Assembly: GCA_038245295.1 (NCBI GenBank)
Contig: JBBRSP010000034.1
Coordinates: 1-64,000, forward strand
Reading direction: 5' to 3'
Source of the DNA: Candidatus Binatia bacterium
GTDB taxonomy: Bacteria; Desulfobacterota; Binatia; HRBIN30
Length of the DNA: 64,000 nucleotides
Shown here: positions 19,554 through 29,228 of the stretch, piece after piece
Numbering within the stretch: the first letter of the stretch is position 1
Layout: each line of letters opens with the position of its first letter
Program-made: the position numbers and the translations under genes
The notes under the pieces: generated by a model
The model's input: only the letters and a program-made list of their open reading frames with translations
What the model was told of the DNA's origin: nothing
Databases searched by the model: none

Positions 19554-19760
19554 TCAATTTGATTGCCGAGCTCTAACTTAGGCACCCTCTTTTGCAGTAG
19601 GGGAATGTCCGTAGCCGACTGCGGGAATGACTCGGCTTGCACCCAACCAACACCCGATGATTTGTTGACGACGGTTCATCAGGGTACGCGCGAGGCGGTG
19701 TGTACCCGGGGCGGATGAGCTGAGAAGTCGCCTGGGGCGAAGCAAAAAGGGGCAAGGGGC

Positions 19761-21104
19761 ATGGTCGTTTCAGCTGTGTTTGTTGGCCTGCGCACGCGTT
19801 TCGGCCGCATCGGGTGTGGGACGTGGCGTCGCGGGGTCTTGCTAAGTGGATTCTGGGTCATCGCTGCCTCGGTGCCGGCAACGGCGGCAGATCGCCTGGT
19901 TGCGCCGAACGGCGCCAATCGCGGCGATTGCAGCGTCACAGCCTGTCTGACGATCCAGTACGCCGTGAGTCAGGCGAATCCCACCGGCGACACAATTCGT
20001 GTCGGCGTTGGGACCTACTCCCTCGGCGCGGCGATCACGATCGATAAGTCGCTGACGCTGCGCGGGCCGCAGTGGGGTGTCGATCCGCGGCCGGGCGTCG
20101 TTTCCGCGCGTGTGGCGTTCCCTGGTGCCGGCAGTGAGGCGATCCTCGACGGTTCCGGCGTGATTGCCAACATCCTTGTGATCCAGGCCAACGACGTCGT
20201 GGTCGATGGATTCGAAGTCTACAATTCGACCGACGCGTTGATCGAGACGCCGAGCCGCACGCCGATCAGCAACGTGCAGATTCGCAACAACATCATTCAC
20301 AAGGCGAGCAGCGCCACGCTTGGCAAGGGCATTCGCTTTCAACAAGTGGCCAACGGTCTGGTCGAGTACAACAACGTCTTTGACGTAACGGACAGTGGCG
20401 TCGAGGTCGGTGCGGGCACGTCCGGCAACTCGACAGATGCGCTGGTGCAATACAACGAAGTTCACGATCTCGGTGCCGGAGGTGGTCCGGGTACGGCGAG
20501 CTCAGCGCTTTACGCGTTCTCGGCTTCGTTCCTCGACATCAATGTCACCTTCAAGCGCAACGTCGTCTACAACCATGCCGGCGACGATGCGATCAAGGTA
20601 GGCTCGACGGATGGTCGGGATACGGCGCGCGTCGGTGGCCTGGTGATCGACAACATCGTGCATGATGCTGCGCAAGACGGCATCACCATCAACGCCAGTT
20701 CGACACTCGTGCAAGGGAACGAGGTGTATCGTTGTGGCAGCTCCAGTGCCGCCATCTACGTGGAGCACGCGAGTAGTGCGGTGACGATCAAGAAGAACAA
20801 TCTGCACGACAATTCCGGCGATGTCGCGACCATACTGATTGGCGATGCGGCGGTGACGCCGAGAGGAATGATTGTCGAGCAGAACCGCATCGAGTGCAAT
20901 TCGAGGAACCTCTTCCTCTTACGGGATCCGGCGGTTGGAACGGCGACGGTGGATGCTTCTGGAAACTGGTGGGGTGCGATTGATGTGGCGGCGATCGCCA
21001 GTCATGTGCCGGCAACCGTCGGCGTCGGCTTACCCTCGGGGAGACGCAACGGAGACCTCACCGCGCTTGTGTCGGGCGTCGACCTCAGCCATCACCGGAG
21101 GTGA
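19761..21104 (+). CDS. Secreted right-handed parallel beta-helix protein
   Basis: Signal-like N-terminus; CLTIQYAV..A..GDTIRV..GTY; repeated N-x-V/I-H/Y coils; DASGNWWG end motif. Confidence 0.8.
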   Translation: MVVSAVFVGLRTRFGRIGCGTWRRGVLLSGFWVIAASVPATAADRLVAPNGANRGDCSVTACLTIQYAVSQANPTGDTIRVGVGTYSLGAAITIDKSLTLRGPQWGVDPRPGVVSARVAFPGAGSEAILDGSGVIANILVIQANDVVVDGFEVYNSTDALIETPSRTPISNVQIRNNIIHKASSATLGKGIRFQQVANGLVEYNNVFDVTDSGVEVGAGTSGNSTDALVQYNEVHDLGAGGGPGTASSALYAFSASFLDINVTFKRNVVYNHAGDDAIKVGSTDGRDTARVGGLVIDNIVHDAAQDGITINASSTLVQGNEVYRCGSSSAAIYVEHASSAVTIKKNNLHDNSGDVATILIGDAAVTPRGMIVEQNRIECNSRNLFLLRDPAVGTATVDASGNWWGAIDVAAIASHVPATVGVGLPSGRRNGDLTALVSGVDLSHHRR

Positions 21105-21778
21105 TGGGCAACGACGAACAGCTCGACCGGGCCGGCGATGGCGCCCCGTCGGCCACGCGGGATCATCTCCAACTGGGGCGGCGTCTCTTCCATCTGCTGA
21201 ATGGCGTCGTTACCGCCACGGCTTACGCCCTATTCTTCACACACGAACAGATCATTCACACCTTCGGGGCGATCGCCTGCATTGTCTACATCGCCGATCG
21301 GGTGCGTATCGCTTATCCCGAAGCGGTGGCGCGGCATGCGCCGTGGATGAACCGGACGTTCGTGCGCGCTGAAGAGCAGGTGCGCGAGGCCGCGATGACG
21401 CCGTTTGCCATCGCCGCACTGCTGACGATCATTGCCGTGCCGAAGCTCGCCGCGCTGATTGCGATCTATACTCTGGGCATCGCTGATCCGCTGGCGGCAA
21501 TCGTCGGTATTCGTTTCGGCCGGCATCGCATCACCCAGAATCGGAGCTGGGAAGGCTCGTTGGCATTCTTCGCGGCCACTGTTGTGATCGCCGCCACAGT
21601 GCTGACGTGGGGCAGCGCGGCGGCGGCCTTGACGATCAGCGAGTGCGCCCTGACGATCGGGACCGTCGCGGCGATTTGCGAGGTGGTGCCTTTGCGTGTC
21701 GACGACAATCTGACGATCCCAATCTTCGTCGGCTTTGCCAGTTGGGCGATCGCCGGCGGCTTTGGTGTGCTTGGCTGA
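21104..21778 (+). CDS. SEC59/DGK1/VTE5-type polyprenol/phytol kinase-like membrane protein
   Basis: RRLFH, ADPLAAIVGIRFG, RSWEGS, DDNLTIP. Confidence 0.85.
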   Translation: MGNDEQLDRAGDGAPSATRDHLQLGRRLFHLLNGVVTATAYALFFTHEQIIHTFGAIACIVYIADRVRIAYPEAVARHAPWMNRTFVRAEEQVREAAMTPFAIAALLTIIAVPKLAALIAIYTLGIADPLAAIVGIRFGRHRITQNRSWEGSLAFFAATVVIAATVLTWGSAAAALTISECALTIGTVAAICEVVPLRVDDNLTIPIFVGFASWAIAGGFGVLG

Positions 21779-21883
21779 GAGCCGCAAGGGAACGGTCGTA
21801 CTCTGGAGAACGGAAGTGCGCCCGGCGCGTTGGTTCATAGACCAACGGAATGCCGTCGATGGCCGTGCGTGCCGTGGGAACTC

Positions 21884-22558
21884 CTAGTCGTCCGTCGGGG
21901 GCGAGCGTCGCCGTTTGACGCTACGGAGTGGGGTTCCTTTGGCGGCGAAGGGTGAGCCCAGCAGCTGTGCGATTGCCGCTTTGACGAATCGGCGTTGTCG
22001 CGCGATGGCCGCAGCGGCCAGCAAGTCGTCCTGCAGGACGAGCTCTAGAAGCTTGGCGTTGGCGAAGTACCCGAAGATCAGGTGGTAGGCGCCTACCGCA
22101 AGATGCGGCAGATCCTCGGCTCGCCACGGTCCGCCGCTGACTGCCAGAACTCCCAGGCCTTGTTGAAACAGCGGCCGTAGCAGGCGTGTTACCGCGCCGC
22201 GCAGGAAGCGGGTGTCGTCGATCCCGGCTCTCTCGATGAGACGCGGTAGCTGCGGGTGCAGGACCAGATAATCAATGACATGATCGAGAGTCGCGTCGAC
22301 CGATTTCGTCGGATCACTGCTGGCGACCAGGCCGACGATGGCTTCGACACCGCGCGACAGCACGGCTTCGTAGAGGGCGCGCTTGTTGCGGAAGTGATGG
22401 TAGAGGCTTGCCTGGTTCTTGAGGCCGACATCGGCGGCGATTTCACGCACCGATACGCCGGCAAACCCACGCTCGGCGAAGCGCGCCTCGGCCGCATCGA
22501 GAATCAGTTCTCGTGTGCTGCGCGCGATGGTCGTGGTGGATCCTTCGCGCCCCTTCAT
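21884..22558 (-). CDS. TetR/AcrR family transcriptional regulator
   Basis: ILDAAEARFAERGFAGVSVREIAADVG...SLYHHFRNKRALY. Confidence 0.92.
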   Translation of the reverse strand: MKGREGSTTTIARSTRELILDAAEARFAERGFAGVSVREIAADVGLKNQASLYHHFRNKRALYEAVLSRGVEAIVGLVASSDPTKSVDATLDHVIDYLVLHPQLPRLIERAGIDDTRFLRGAVTRLLRPLFQQGLGVLAVSGGPWRAEDLPHLAVGAYHLIFGYFANAKLLELVLQDDLLAAAAIARQRRFVKAAIAQLLGSPFAAKGTPLRSVKRRRSPPTDD

Positions 22559-22564
22559 GACCGG

Positions 22565-22594
22565 ACCTTACCCAAACAATTGTTTTTTTGTCAA
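22565..22594 (-). promoter_or_regulatory. Sigma70-type promoter with internal palindromic operator
   Basis: TTGACA-N18-TAAGGT; palindrome AAACAATTGTTT at 22574-22585; ATG follows the -10 box after a 6-nt gap. Confidence 0.65.
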
Positions 22595-22626
22595 CGAAGT
22601 TAACCGCGGAGCAGCTCCCTTTGCAG

Positions 22627-22927
22627 GAGACTGTCGATAAACTGAAATGAAGCAACGTCTTCCCGGCGAAAGACGCTCTCGTAAAACCAAAGACGCTCTC
22701 GTGAAACCAAAGTGTAGCAACGTCATCCCGGTGAAAACCAGGATCTCCTCCAGTGGAAGGCCGAAAATGCTACGGAGATACCGGCTTTCGCCGGTATGAC
22801 GGAGGTGTTCGCGCTGCTTCAAGCGATGAACCAGAGAAAATCGACCTGGCGGCATACCGGCTTTCGCCGGTATGCCGGGGGTGTTCGCGCTGTTTCAAGC
22901 GATGAGTCAGAGAAAATCGACAATCTC
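22627..22927. mobile_element. Composite GAGACTGTCG-family MITE
   Basis: TIR GAGACTGTCGAT / ATCGACAATCTC; GCAG duplicated at 22623-22626 and 22928-22931; duplicated internal ends. Confidence 0.85.
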
Positions 22928-22985
22928 GCAGGCCGGGCGCGCCGTCTTGCCACTAACGTTCGCGTGCCGCCTCGCGAACGGCCAA

Positions 22986-23798
22986 TCAGCGGCCTTTGAA
23001 AACAGGCTTGCGTTTCTCGGCGAAGGCTCTGGTTCCCTCGCGACAGTCTTCCGACATATTCACGGGCATGCCGATCTCCGCCTCGCGTTCGAGTGCTTGT
23101 TCCGGCGGCAAGGCGAGGCCTTCGACCACCGATCTCTTCACGGCCTGAACCGCCAGTGGGCCAGCTTCCTTGATCACGGCTGCATATCGCAACGCTTCGG
23201 GAAGCACTTGGGCCGAAGGCACGACTTTGTTGATCAGGCCGATGCGGAGTGCGTCGGCGGCGGAGAGTTGTTCGCCGGTGAGGAGGATCTCCATGGCGTT
23301 GCAGTAGGAGATCTGCCGCGGCAAACGCACCGTTGAGCCGCCGCCCGGGAACAGGCCCCACTTTACTTCGGCCAGGCCAAATCGCGCATCGTCGCTGGCG
23401 ATGCGAATGTCGGTGGTCGTGAGAATCTCTGTGCCGCCGGCGACACAGAAGCCGCGCACCGCGGCGATCAAAGGCTTCTTGACGTAATAGTTCCGCAGTA
23501 CGCCACGGTAGAGGATCGTGTAGTCGGCCTTGATCCGCTCGTCCCACTCGTTCTCCGGCGGCCGTGCCCCTTGGAGCATGCGAATGAGCTTGTTGAGATC
23601 CGCACCGGCGCAGAACGCCTTGTCGCCCGCACCGGTGAGAATCGCGACGCGAACATCATCGTCATCGTTTATGTCTTGCCACGCCTCGGTGAGGCGGCAC
23701 AGCATCTCCGGATTGAGGGCATTGCGCACCTCAGGCCGGTTCATGGTGACGATGGCTACTCCATCGTTCTTCTCGTACAGGACTGCGGGCTCGGGCAT
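22986..23798 (-). CDS. echA19: Enoyl-CoA hydratase, EchA19-like
   Basis: Start ATG 23798; TMNRP..RNAL, AFCAGADL, KKPLIAAV.G..AGGTEIL..TDIR, RAFAEKR. Confidence 0.85.
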   Translation of the reverse strand: MPEPAVLYEKNDGVAIVTMNRPEVRNALNPEMLCRLTEAWQDINDDDDVRVAILTGAGDKAFCAGADLNKLIRMLQGARPPENEWDERIKADYTILYRGVLRNYYVKKPLIAAVRGFCVAGGTEILTTTDIRIASDDARFGLAEVKWGLFPGGGSTVRLPRQISYCNAMEILLTGEQLSAADALRIGLINKVVPSAQVLPEALRYAAVIKEAGPLAVQAVKRSVVEGLALPPEQALEREAEIGMPVNMSEDCREGTRAFAEKRKPVFKGR

Positions 23799-23808
23799 CG
23801 ACGGTGCC

Positions 23809-24960
23809 CTATAGATCGCTGGCGACGATCCACATGGCAAAGTACTGGGCTCCGCCTCCATAGGCGTGGCCGAGCGCTGTCTTGGCACCTTCGACCTGAT
23901 GGGCGCCGGCGCGTCCCATTACCTGCAAGGCTGCTTCACCCAGACGAATCATGCCCGAAGCGCCGATCGGGTTGGTGCACAAGACGCCACCCGACGGGTT
24001 GATGGGCAAGTGTCGCCCCATCTTCTGGTCGCCGCGCTCGATGACCTTCCAGCCATCGTTGACCGGTGCGAACCCGAGGTTCTCGAGCCACATGGCCTCG
24101 AACCAGGAGAAGGGAACATAGATCTCGGCCGTGTCGATTTGGTTCCACGGATCGGTGATGCCGGCGCGCTCATAAACCGCCTTGGCGCACATCTGCCCAG
24201 CCATGGGGCTGACCTGGTCGCGTCCGGGAATCCACATTGCCTCGGCGAACGAGAAGCCCGATTTCACCCACGCGGGTTTGCGTGGACCCTTCTTGGCCTG
24301 CTCTTCATTCGAAATGATCATGGCAATCGCGCCGTCGGACGACGGGCACGTCTCGCCGATGCGGATCGGGTCCCATAGGGTAGGGGTGTTCGTAACGTCT
24401 TCGATCGACATTGGCTCGCGCAAATGGGCGTACTCGTTGCGCGTCCCATTGTCGCGGGCGTTGGCGGCGATCATCGGCCCGATGTGCAACGGTGCACCGC
24501 TACGAGCAATGTAGGCGCGACAGTAGGGAGCGAAGAAGCCACCGGCACCGGCAACGAGTGGTGCGACAAACGGCATGTTCGGTGACAGGGCCCACATGGC
24601 ATTGCCTTCGGATTGTTTCTCGAAAGCAACCGTGAGCACGCGGTCGTAGAGGCCGGAAGCGACGTGTGTCACTGCCGTCAGGGCTGTCGAGGCGCCGACC
24701 GAGCCCGCCGTGTGGACGCGCAACAGCGGCTTCATGTGGGCGCCGAGGGCGCCGGCGAGGAACTGCTCGGGTTGGCAAACGCCTTCGAGCATGTCCGGCG
24801 CTTTGCCGAGGACGATGGCGTCGATGTCCTTGTGCTCGAGTCCGGCATCCTTGAGGGCCAGATCGACGGCTTCGCGGACCAGGCCCGCGATGTTGACGTC
24901 GGCGCGGCGCGTCGTGTGATGGGTTTGCCCGACACCGACTACTGCTACCGGGCGCTTCAT
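23809..24960 (-). CDS. ltp3: Thiolase-fold aldolase subunit Ltp3-like
   Basis: Start ATG 24960; GKAPD..EGV..PE, RVHTAGSVG, EKQSE.NAMWALS, GHAYGGGAQYF. Confidence 0.88.
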   Translation of the reverse strand: MKRPVAVVGVGQTHHTTRRADVNIAGLVREAVDLALKDAGLEHKDIDAIVLGKAPDMLEGVCQPEQFLAGALGAHMKPLLRVHTAGSVGASTALTAVTHVASGLYDRVLTVAFEKQSEGNAMWALSPNMPFVAPLVAGAGGFFAPYCRAYIARSGAPLHIGPMIAANARDNGTRNEYAHLREPMSIEDVTNTPTLWDPIRIGETCPSSDGAIAMIISNEEQAKKGPRKPAWVKSGFSFAEAMWIPGRDQVSPMAGQMCAKAVYERAGITDPWNQIDTAEIYVPFSWFEAMWLENLGFAPVNDGWKVIERGDQKMGRHLPINPSGGVLCTNPIGASGMIRLGEAALQVMGRAGAHQVEGAKTALGHAYGGGAQYFAMWIVASDL

Positions 24961-26090
24961 GACCACCTCCGCTCGCTGCCGAGAACCCAGACGATATTGG
25001 TTTGCAGGCAATGCCCCTGCTGGGCATGCGCCAGTGCGCGCTTGGCGCCGCCGACGCTGCGCTCTCCGGCGCGGCCGGAAAGCTGCCGGAAGACCTCGCC
25101 TAGACGAATCAGCCCGGTACTCATGATCGGATTGGCGCAAAGGGCGCCGCCGGAAGGATTGACGACAGGCTTGTTGGCGCTGGGATCGAGCCCGAGTGCT
25201 TCGCAAACGATCAGCTCTTCGACTGGTGTGATCGCAAAAATCTCGGCTACGTCGACGTCGGTAGCACTCGCCACGCCCGCCATCGCCAAAGCCTTCGATG
25301 CCGCGAGTTGAGTGCCGGCGCTGCGCGACAGGTCACGACTGCCGAGCGTCTGCAACTCGGAGCGATGATCGACGCCGTGAATCCAGACGGGCCGATCGCA
25401 CAACTTCTCGGCTTTGCCTTGTGCCGCAAGCACCAGGCATGTGGCGGTTTCACCGACGGGCGGCACGTAGCCCTCGCGCAGTGGATCAACGAGCCACGGT
25501 GTTTCGAGAAGATCCTTGGCGCTCGCCTTGGTGCGAAGCTGGTTGTCGGAGTTGCGCGCGCCGTTGGTCCGGTTGCGCGCCGCGACGGCGGCCAGATCGG
25601 CGTCGGTCTTGCCGCTGCGCGCCATGTAGGCGCTGGCTTGCAGGGCGGCCGTGGCGACCGGGTCCAAGCCGATGGCAGCTTGATAGTACGGATCCAGTTG
25701 CAGATTGAGCACGCGCCGCGGATCGCCTTCCGACGTCTTGCCATGCGCCACGACGATGGCCGTGTCGCACTCGCCGGCTTGCATGCGGACCCAGGCGTAA
25801 TAGGTGCAGAACGCCGCGTCCATTTCGAGGTGCAGGTCTTGCCGCGGCGGCCACGCGCCCATGACATCGAGGGCGGCGACGAAACCAAACGGCCGGCCAT
25901 CCATGTAATCGGTCGAGCCGGCGATCTGGTAGTCGATGGCGTCGCGTTCGACACCGCACTCTTTCAGGGCCTGGCGCACGACCGGATAGAGCATCTCGGT
26001 CGCGGTGCGATGTTCATCGCGCGCGACTACCGGGAGCTGCGCGAATCCGACGATGGCAACGTTGCGTAAGTCTGGCATCGATTCACTCAC
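24957..26090 (-). CDS. ltp4: Thiolase-fold lipid-transfer protein Ltp4-like
   Basis: AIVGFAQ, GSTDY..GR.F.F..A.D, HLEMDAA, NPSGGAL.ANP, G.CLQ.N. Confidence 0.85.
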   Translation of the reverse strand: MSESMPDLRNVAIVGFAQLPVVARDEHRTATEMLYPVVRQALKECGVERDAIDYQIAGSTDYMDGRPFGFVAALDVMGAWPPRQDLHLEMDAAFCTYYAWVRMQAGECDTAIVVAHGKTSEGDPRRVLNLQLDPYYQAAIGLDPVATAALQASAYMARSGKTDADLAAVAARNRTNGARNSDNQLRTKASAKDLLETPWLVDPLREGYVPPVGETATCLVLAAQGKAEKLCDRPVWIHGVDHRSELQTLGSRDLSRSAGTQLAASKALAMAGVASATDVDVAEIFAITPVEELIVCEALGLDPSANKPVVNPSGGALCANPIMSTGLIRLGEVFRQLSGRAGERSVGGAKRALAHAQQGHCLQTNIVWVLGSERRWS

Positions 26091-26587
26091 AGTCGATTGA
26101 GGTATGTTTCCGGCGCTGCGTCGGGTTCACCCGTCGGCCGGAAGTAGAGGATGTCATCGTGGTTTCCGGTACGTTCGCCATCCGGCCGCCACACTGCTTC
26201 GACACGCATGCCCATGCGGGCCTCTTCCGCCTTCAGCTCCTGAATGAGGGCGAAGATGGAGATTGCGGCACCGTCGAGGGCGACCGACGCAGCGACATAG
26301 GGGATCTCGAGATCGCGGCCGATGACCGGGATATTGACGACGCAGAACGTCGTCAGCACGCCGCGATCCGACACATCGACGAGCTCGTCGCACGGGGCGA
26401 AGCTCTCCGGTGAGTTGATCATTGGCGGAACGAAGATCTTGCCCGTCTTGCTGCACTTCGATCCCAGGATGCGTTTGTCCTTGAGCGCCTGCAGATAGAG
26501 GGCTTTGTAGTCGCCGGCGACGTAGTGGTACGGCAGCCAAACGTTGGTCGAGATATACTTGACGGGCTCTTTAGGTGGTTCGCTCAT
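26087..26587 (-). CDS. DUF35 Zn-ribbon/OB-fold protein
   Basis: ILGSKC..TGKIFVPP, G.LTTFCVVN, ARMGMRVEAVW, FRPTGEPDA. Confidence 0.88.
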   Translation of the reverse strand: MSEPPKEPVKYISTNVWLPYHYVAGDYKALYLQALKDKRILGSKCSKTGKIFVPPMINSPESFAPCDELVDVSDRGVLTTFCVVNIPVIGRDLEIPYVAASVALDGAAISIFALIQELKAEEARMGMRVEAVWRPDGERTGNHDDILYFRPTGEPDAAPETYLNRL

Positions 26588-26641
26588 GTTCCTTCTCGCT
26601 GCCGCTGCGGCAGAAGTTGTTGGTGTGGGCGCGCGAACGGC

Positions 26642-27106
26642 TCACTTAACGATGCGGAAGGTGGCAATGTCGCGCAGCGAGCCCGTGCGGGCCTCGTCGG
26701 CTGCCCACACCGCTTGCACACGCGAGCCGATGCGCAGGTTGTCGAGCTCGTCGGTGACGATGTGCGGCATCGCCGTGTCAGCACCGTCGAGTTTTACCAA
26801 GACGAAGGCGAAGGGGGACGCGCTGGGATGCAAGTTCGCGAGCGGCTCACGCACTCGCGCCACGGCAGTGACCGTCCCGGTGTCCTTCACCTCTACCCAC
26901 TCGCCGCCTTCCGAAGCATCGAGTTCCGAGTATCCGAGCGGTGGAACGACCACTCCCTGGCCGGCGACGCGCTGGCCCCAGATACGTTTCTGCTCTTTCA
27001 ATCCGGCCAAAAACCGGCCTACGGTTGCGCCGGTCGAATGCTTGTACGGGAACTCCATCGTCTGCCGCTGACTCAGCGGCGCGACATTTTTGGGAACGAT
27101 CGCCAT
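26642..27106 (-). CDS. DUF35 OB-fold protein
   Basis: FPYKHSTG..VGRFL.GL, VVVPP..Y, FAFVLVKLDGADT...H, RVQAVW. Confidence 0.85.
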   Translation of the reverse strand: MAIVPKNVAPLSQRQTMEFPYKHSTGATVGRFLAGLKEQKRIWGQRVAGQGVVVPPLGYSELDASEGGEWVEVKDTGTVTAVARVREPLANLHPSASPFAFVLVKLDGADTAMPHIVTDELDNLRIGSRVQAVWAADEARTGSLRDIATFRIVK

Positions 27107-27114
27107 GGGTGGCG

Positions 27115-27143
27115 AGATATTCCAACAAACGTTTGTTTGTCAA
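27115..27143 (-). promoter_or_regulatory. -35 box followed by a perfect 14-bp palindromic operator
   Basis: TTGACA (27143-27138) directly followed by AACAAACGTTTGTT (27124-27137). Confidence 0.7.
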
Positions 27144-27226
27144 TCCTATCAATGCTAGAAGCCGCGCGCTTACGAAAATGATTGATGGTGGCAGCACGAA
27201 CATCGAACGATCAGGTGAGGTGACGT

Positions 27227-28567
27227 ATGCGACAGGTGCATCGAGTGGCGCGCGGCGGGTTTGTTCTGGGGTTGGTCATCGCCCTGTTTGGAAGCGTGGT
27301 GGCGCAAGAAGTGGCGCCAGGCCTCAAAGTCGGCGACACGCTGGACCAAAGCAACGCCAAACTGGCGGCGGACCTCTTACCGCCCGAGATCCTCAAGCAT
27401 TTCGAGAAAGGCGACTACAAGAATCCCATCGTCGCCTATCCGACGGGCAACGCCCACTGGGAGCAGTCGTTCGTCGACGCGACCAAGAAAAACGAGTCGA
27501 CTCTCGATGTCGACGCCGCCGGCACGATCATCGATAAGGCGACCGGCAAGCAGCCTGACTATTACTACGGGCTGCCGTTCCCCAACATCGACGAGAAGGA
27601 TCCGAAGGCCGCCGTCAAGATCGCCTGGAACCAGTTTCTATCCTACTGGTACGGAGGCTCCAGCTACAACCGCACCCTGGTGGCGATGCTGAGCCGCAAA
27701 GGTCTCGACCGCGGCATCGTCGCGCGTGGTTGGTTTCACTTCTACGATGGTCAAGCGCCGAAGTATCGTCCGGCCAATCCGACCGGCTTGCAGAGCCAGT
27801 TTCTTGGCATCACTCTCACTCCGGCTGATCTAGAGGGCACGGCTTCGCTGAGCTGGCGTTACCGCGATCCCGGCAAGCGCGACTCCGTGTGGGCCTATGT
27901 TCCGGCCTTGCGCCGTGTGCGCGCCGTCAGCCCCGCCAACCGCTCCGATGGTTATCTCGGCTCCGACATTTCCGGCGACGACGGGTTTTTCTTCGACGGT
28001 AAACCGGAAGACTTCGAGTGGAAGTTGATCGGCAAGCGTGACGGGCTGCGCGTGGTCGATGCGGCGACCATCAAGGGTGGACTGAAGACTCGCGCCATTG
28101 ATGGTGGCGGCTGGGCTGTGCTCACCGACGACAATCCGCCGACGGCAGGTTTCCGCAAACCGGGGTGGACGGGCGCGCCCTGGGCTCCGGTCGATGCGGC
28201 GCTGGCAAAACGTACCATGTGGGTCATCGAAGCGGTGCCGCGCGACAAGTACTACCTTTACGGAAAACTCGAACTGTGGATCGACGCGGAGACGTTTGAC
28301 GGCAGCTGGAATCGCAAGTTCAGCTGGGGTGGCGAACTCGTGCATGTCTACCAGGTGATCGCCCGCGTCAACCAACCGGTCGGCGACCCCGCAAATCCTG
28401 AGTGGATGCCGATCGCCACGCAGGCGTGGGCCTGTGCTGAGAACTTCAAAATGGATCGTGCGACATTGGGTGGGATACGCGCCGACGCCCAAGCGCCCGC
28501 CAATCGCCGCATCGCGATTGACCCCGCCATCTTCGAGTCAACGGCGCTGACCAAAATGGGCAAATAG
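27227..28567 (+). CDS. DUF1329 family exported protein
   Basis: Signal peptide; YGLPFP.ID..DP.A..KI.WN; WAYVPALRRVR; P.D.YYLYGK..LWID. Confidence 0.85.
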   Translation: MRQVHRVARGGFVLGLVIALFGSVVAQEVAPGLKVGDTLDQSNAKLAADLLPPEILKHFEKGDYKNPIVAYPTGNAHWEQSFVDATKKNESTLDVDAAGTIIDKATGKQPDYYYGLPFPNIDEKDPKAAVKIAWNQFLSYWYGGSSYNRTLVAMLSRKGLDRGIVARGWFHFYDGQAPKYRPANPTGLQSQFLGITLTPADLEGTASLSWRYRDPGKRDSVWAYVPALRRVRAVSPANRSDGYLGSDISGDDGFFFDGKPEDFEWKLIGKRDGLRVVDAATIKGGLKTRAIDGGGWAVLTDDNPPTAGFRKPGWTGAPWAPVDAALAKRTMWVIEAVPRDKYYLYGKLELWIDAETFDGSWNRKFSWGGELVHVYQVIARVNQPVGDPANPEWMPIATQAWACAENFKMDRATLGGIRADAQAPANRRIAIDPAIFESTALTKMGK

Positions 28568-28576
28568 AGTGGAGCA

Positions 28577-28614
28577 GGGGAGATGTGGCCCGGCGCGTCG
28601 GCCCACATCTCCCC
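28577..28614. terminator. Strong hairpin between convergent genes
   Basis: GGGGAGATGTGG...CCACATCTCCCC 12-bp stem; no clear U-tract. Confidence 0.6.
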
Positions 28615-28623
28615 GTCTTCGAT

Positions 28624-29217
28624 TCACTTCTTCTGCGTGACCTCGAGGTTGATGGTCACATCGACCTCATTGGCTACCACTAGGCCGCCGCTATCGAGGG
28701 TTGCCGAGAAGTTCATCCCAAAATCCTGACGATTCACCTTGGCGCGCGCCTCGCCGCCGAGTTTGACGTTGCCCCAGGGGTCCTTGATGGGCTTGGGTGA
28801 TCCCTCGACCTCAACTGTTACCTCTTTGGTGACGCCGCGCATGTTCAGGTCGCCGACCACGGTGAAGTGATCGGCGGCGACCTGCGTAACCTTCTTGGAC
28901 TTGAACGAGATGGTCGGGAACTTTGCGGCGTCGAAGAAATCTGGATTGCGCAAATGATCATCGCGCTTTGGGTCGCCGGTGCTGAGACCTTTGACGTCGA
29001 TGGTCGCCTCGACGCTCGACTTGGTGATGTCGGATTCGTCGACGTTGATGGTGCCCGTCACCTTTCCCATGCTGCCATGGACGGTCGAAATCATCAGATG
29101 CTTGACCGCAAAGTCGGCGCTGGTGTGTGCCGAGTCGATTTCAAACGTGGCGGCCAGGGTTGGAGCGGCGCTGAAAGCCGCCACGGCTGCGAGCGCTACA
29201 ATGGAACGTTTGTGCAT
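28624..29217 (-). CDS. YceI family polyisoprenoid-binding protein
   Basis: Signal peptide; IDSAHT...F.VKHLMIS.V.G, RDDHLR.PDFFD..KFP. Confidence 0.92.
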   Translation of the reverse strand: MHKRSIVALAAVAAFSAAPTLAATFEIDSAHTSADFAVKHLMISTVHGSMGKVTGTINVDESDITKSSVEATIDVKGLSTGDPKRDDHLRNPDFFDAAKFPTISFKSKKVTQVAADHFTVVGDLNMRGVTKEVTVEVEGSPKPIKDPWGNVKLGGEARAKVNRQDFGMNFSATLDSGGLVVANEVDVTINLEVTQKK

Positions 29218-29228
29218 ATCGAGCTCCC

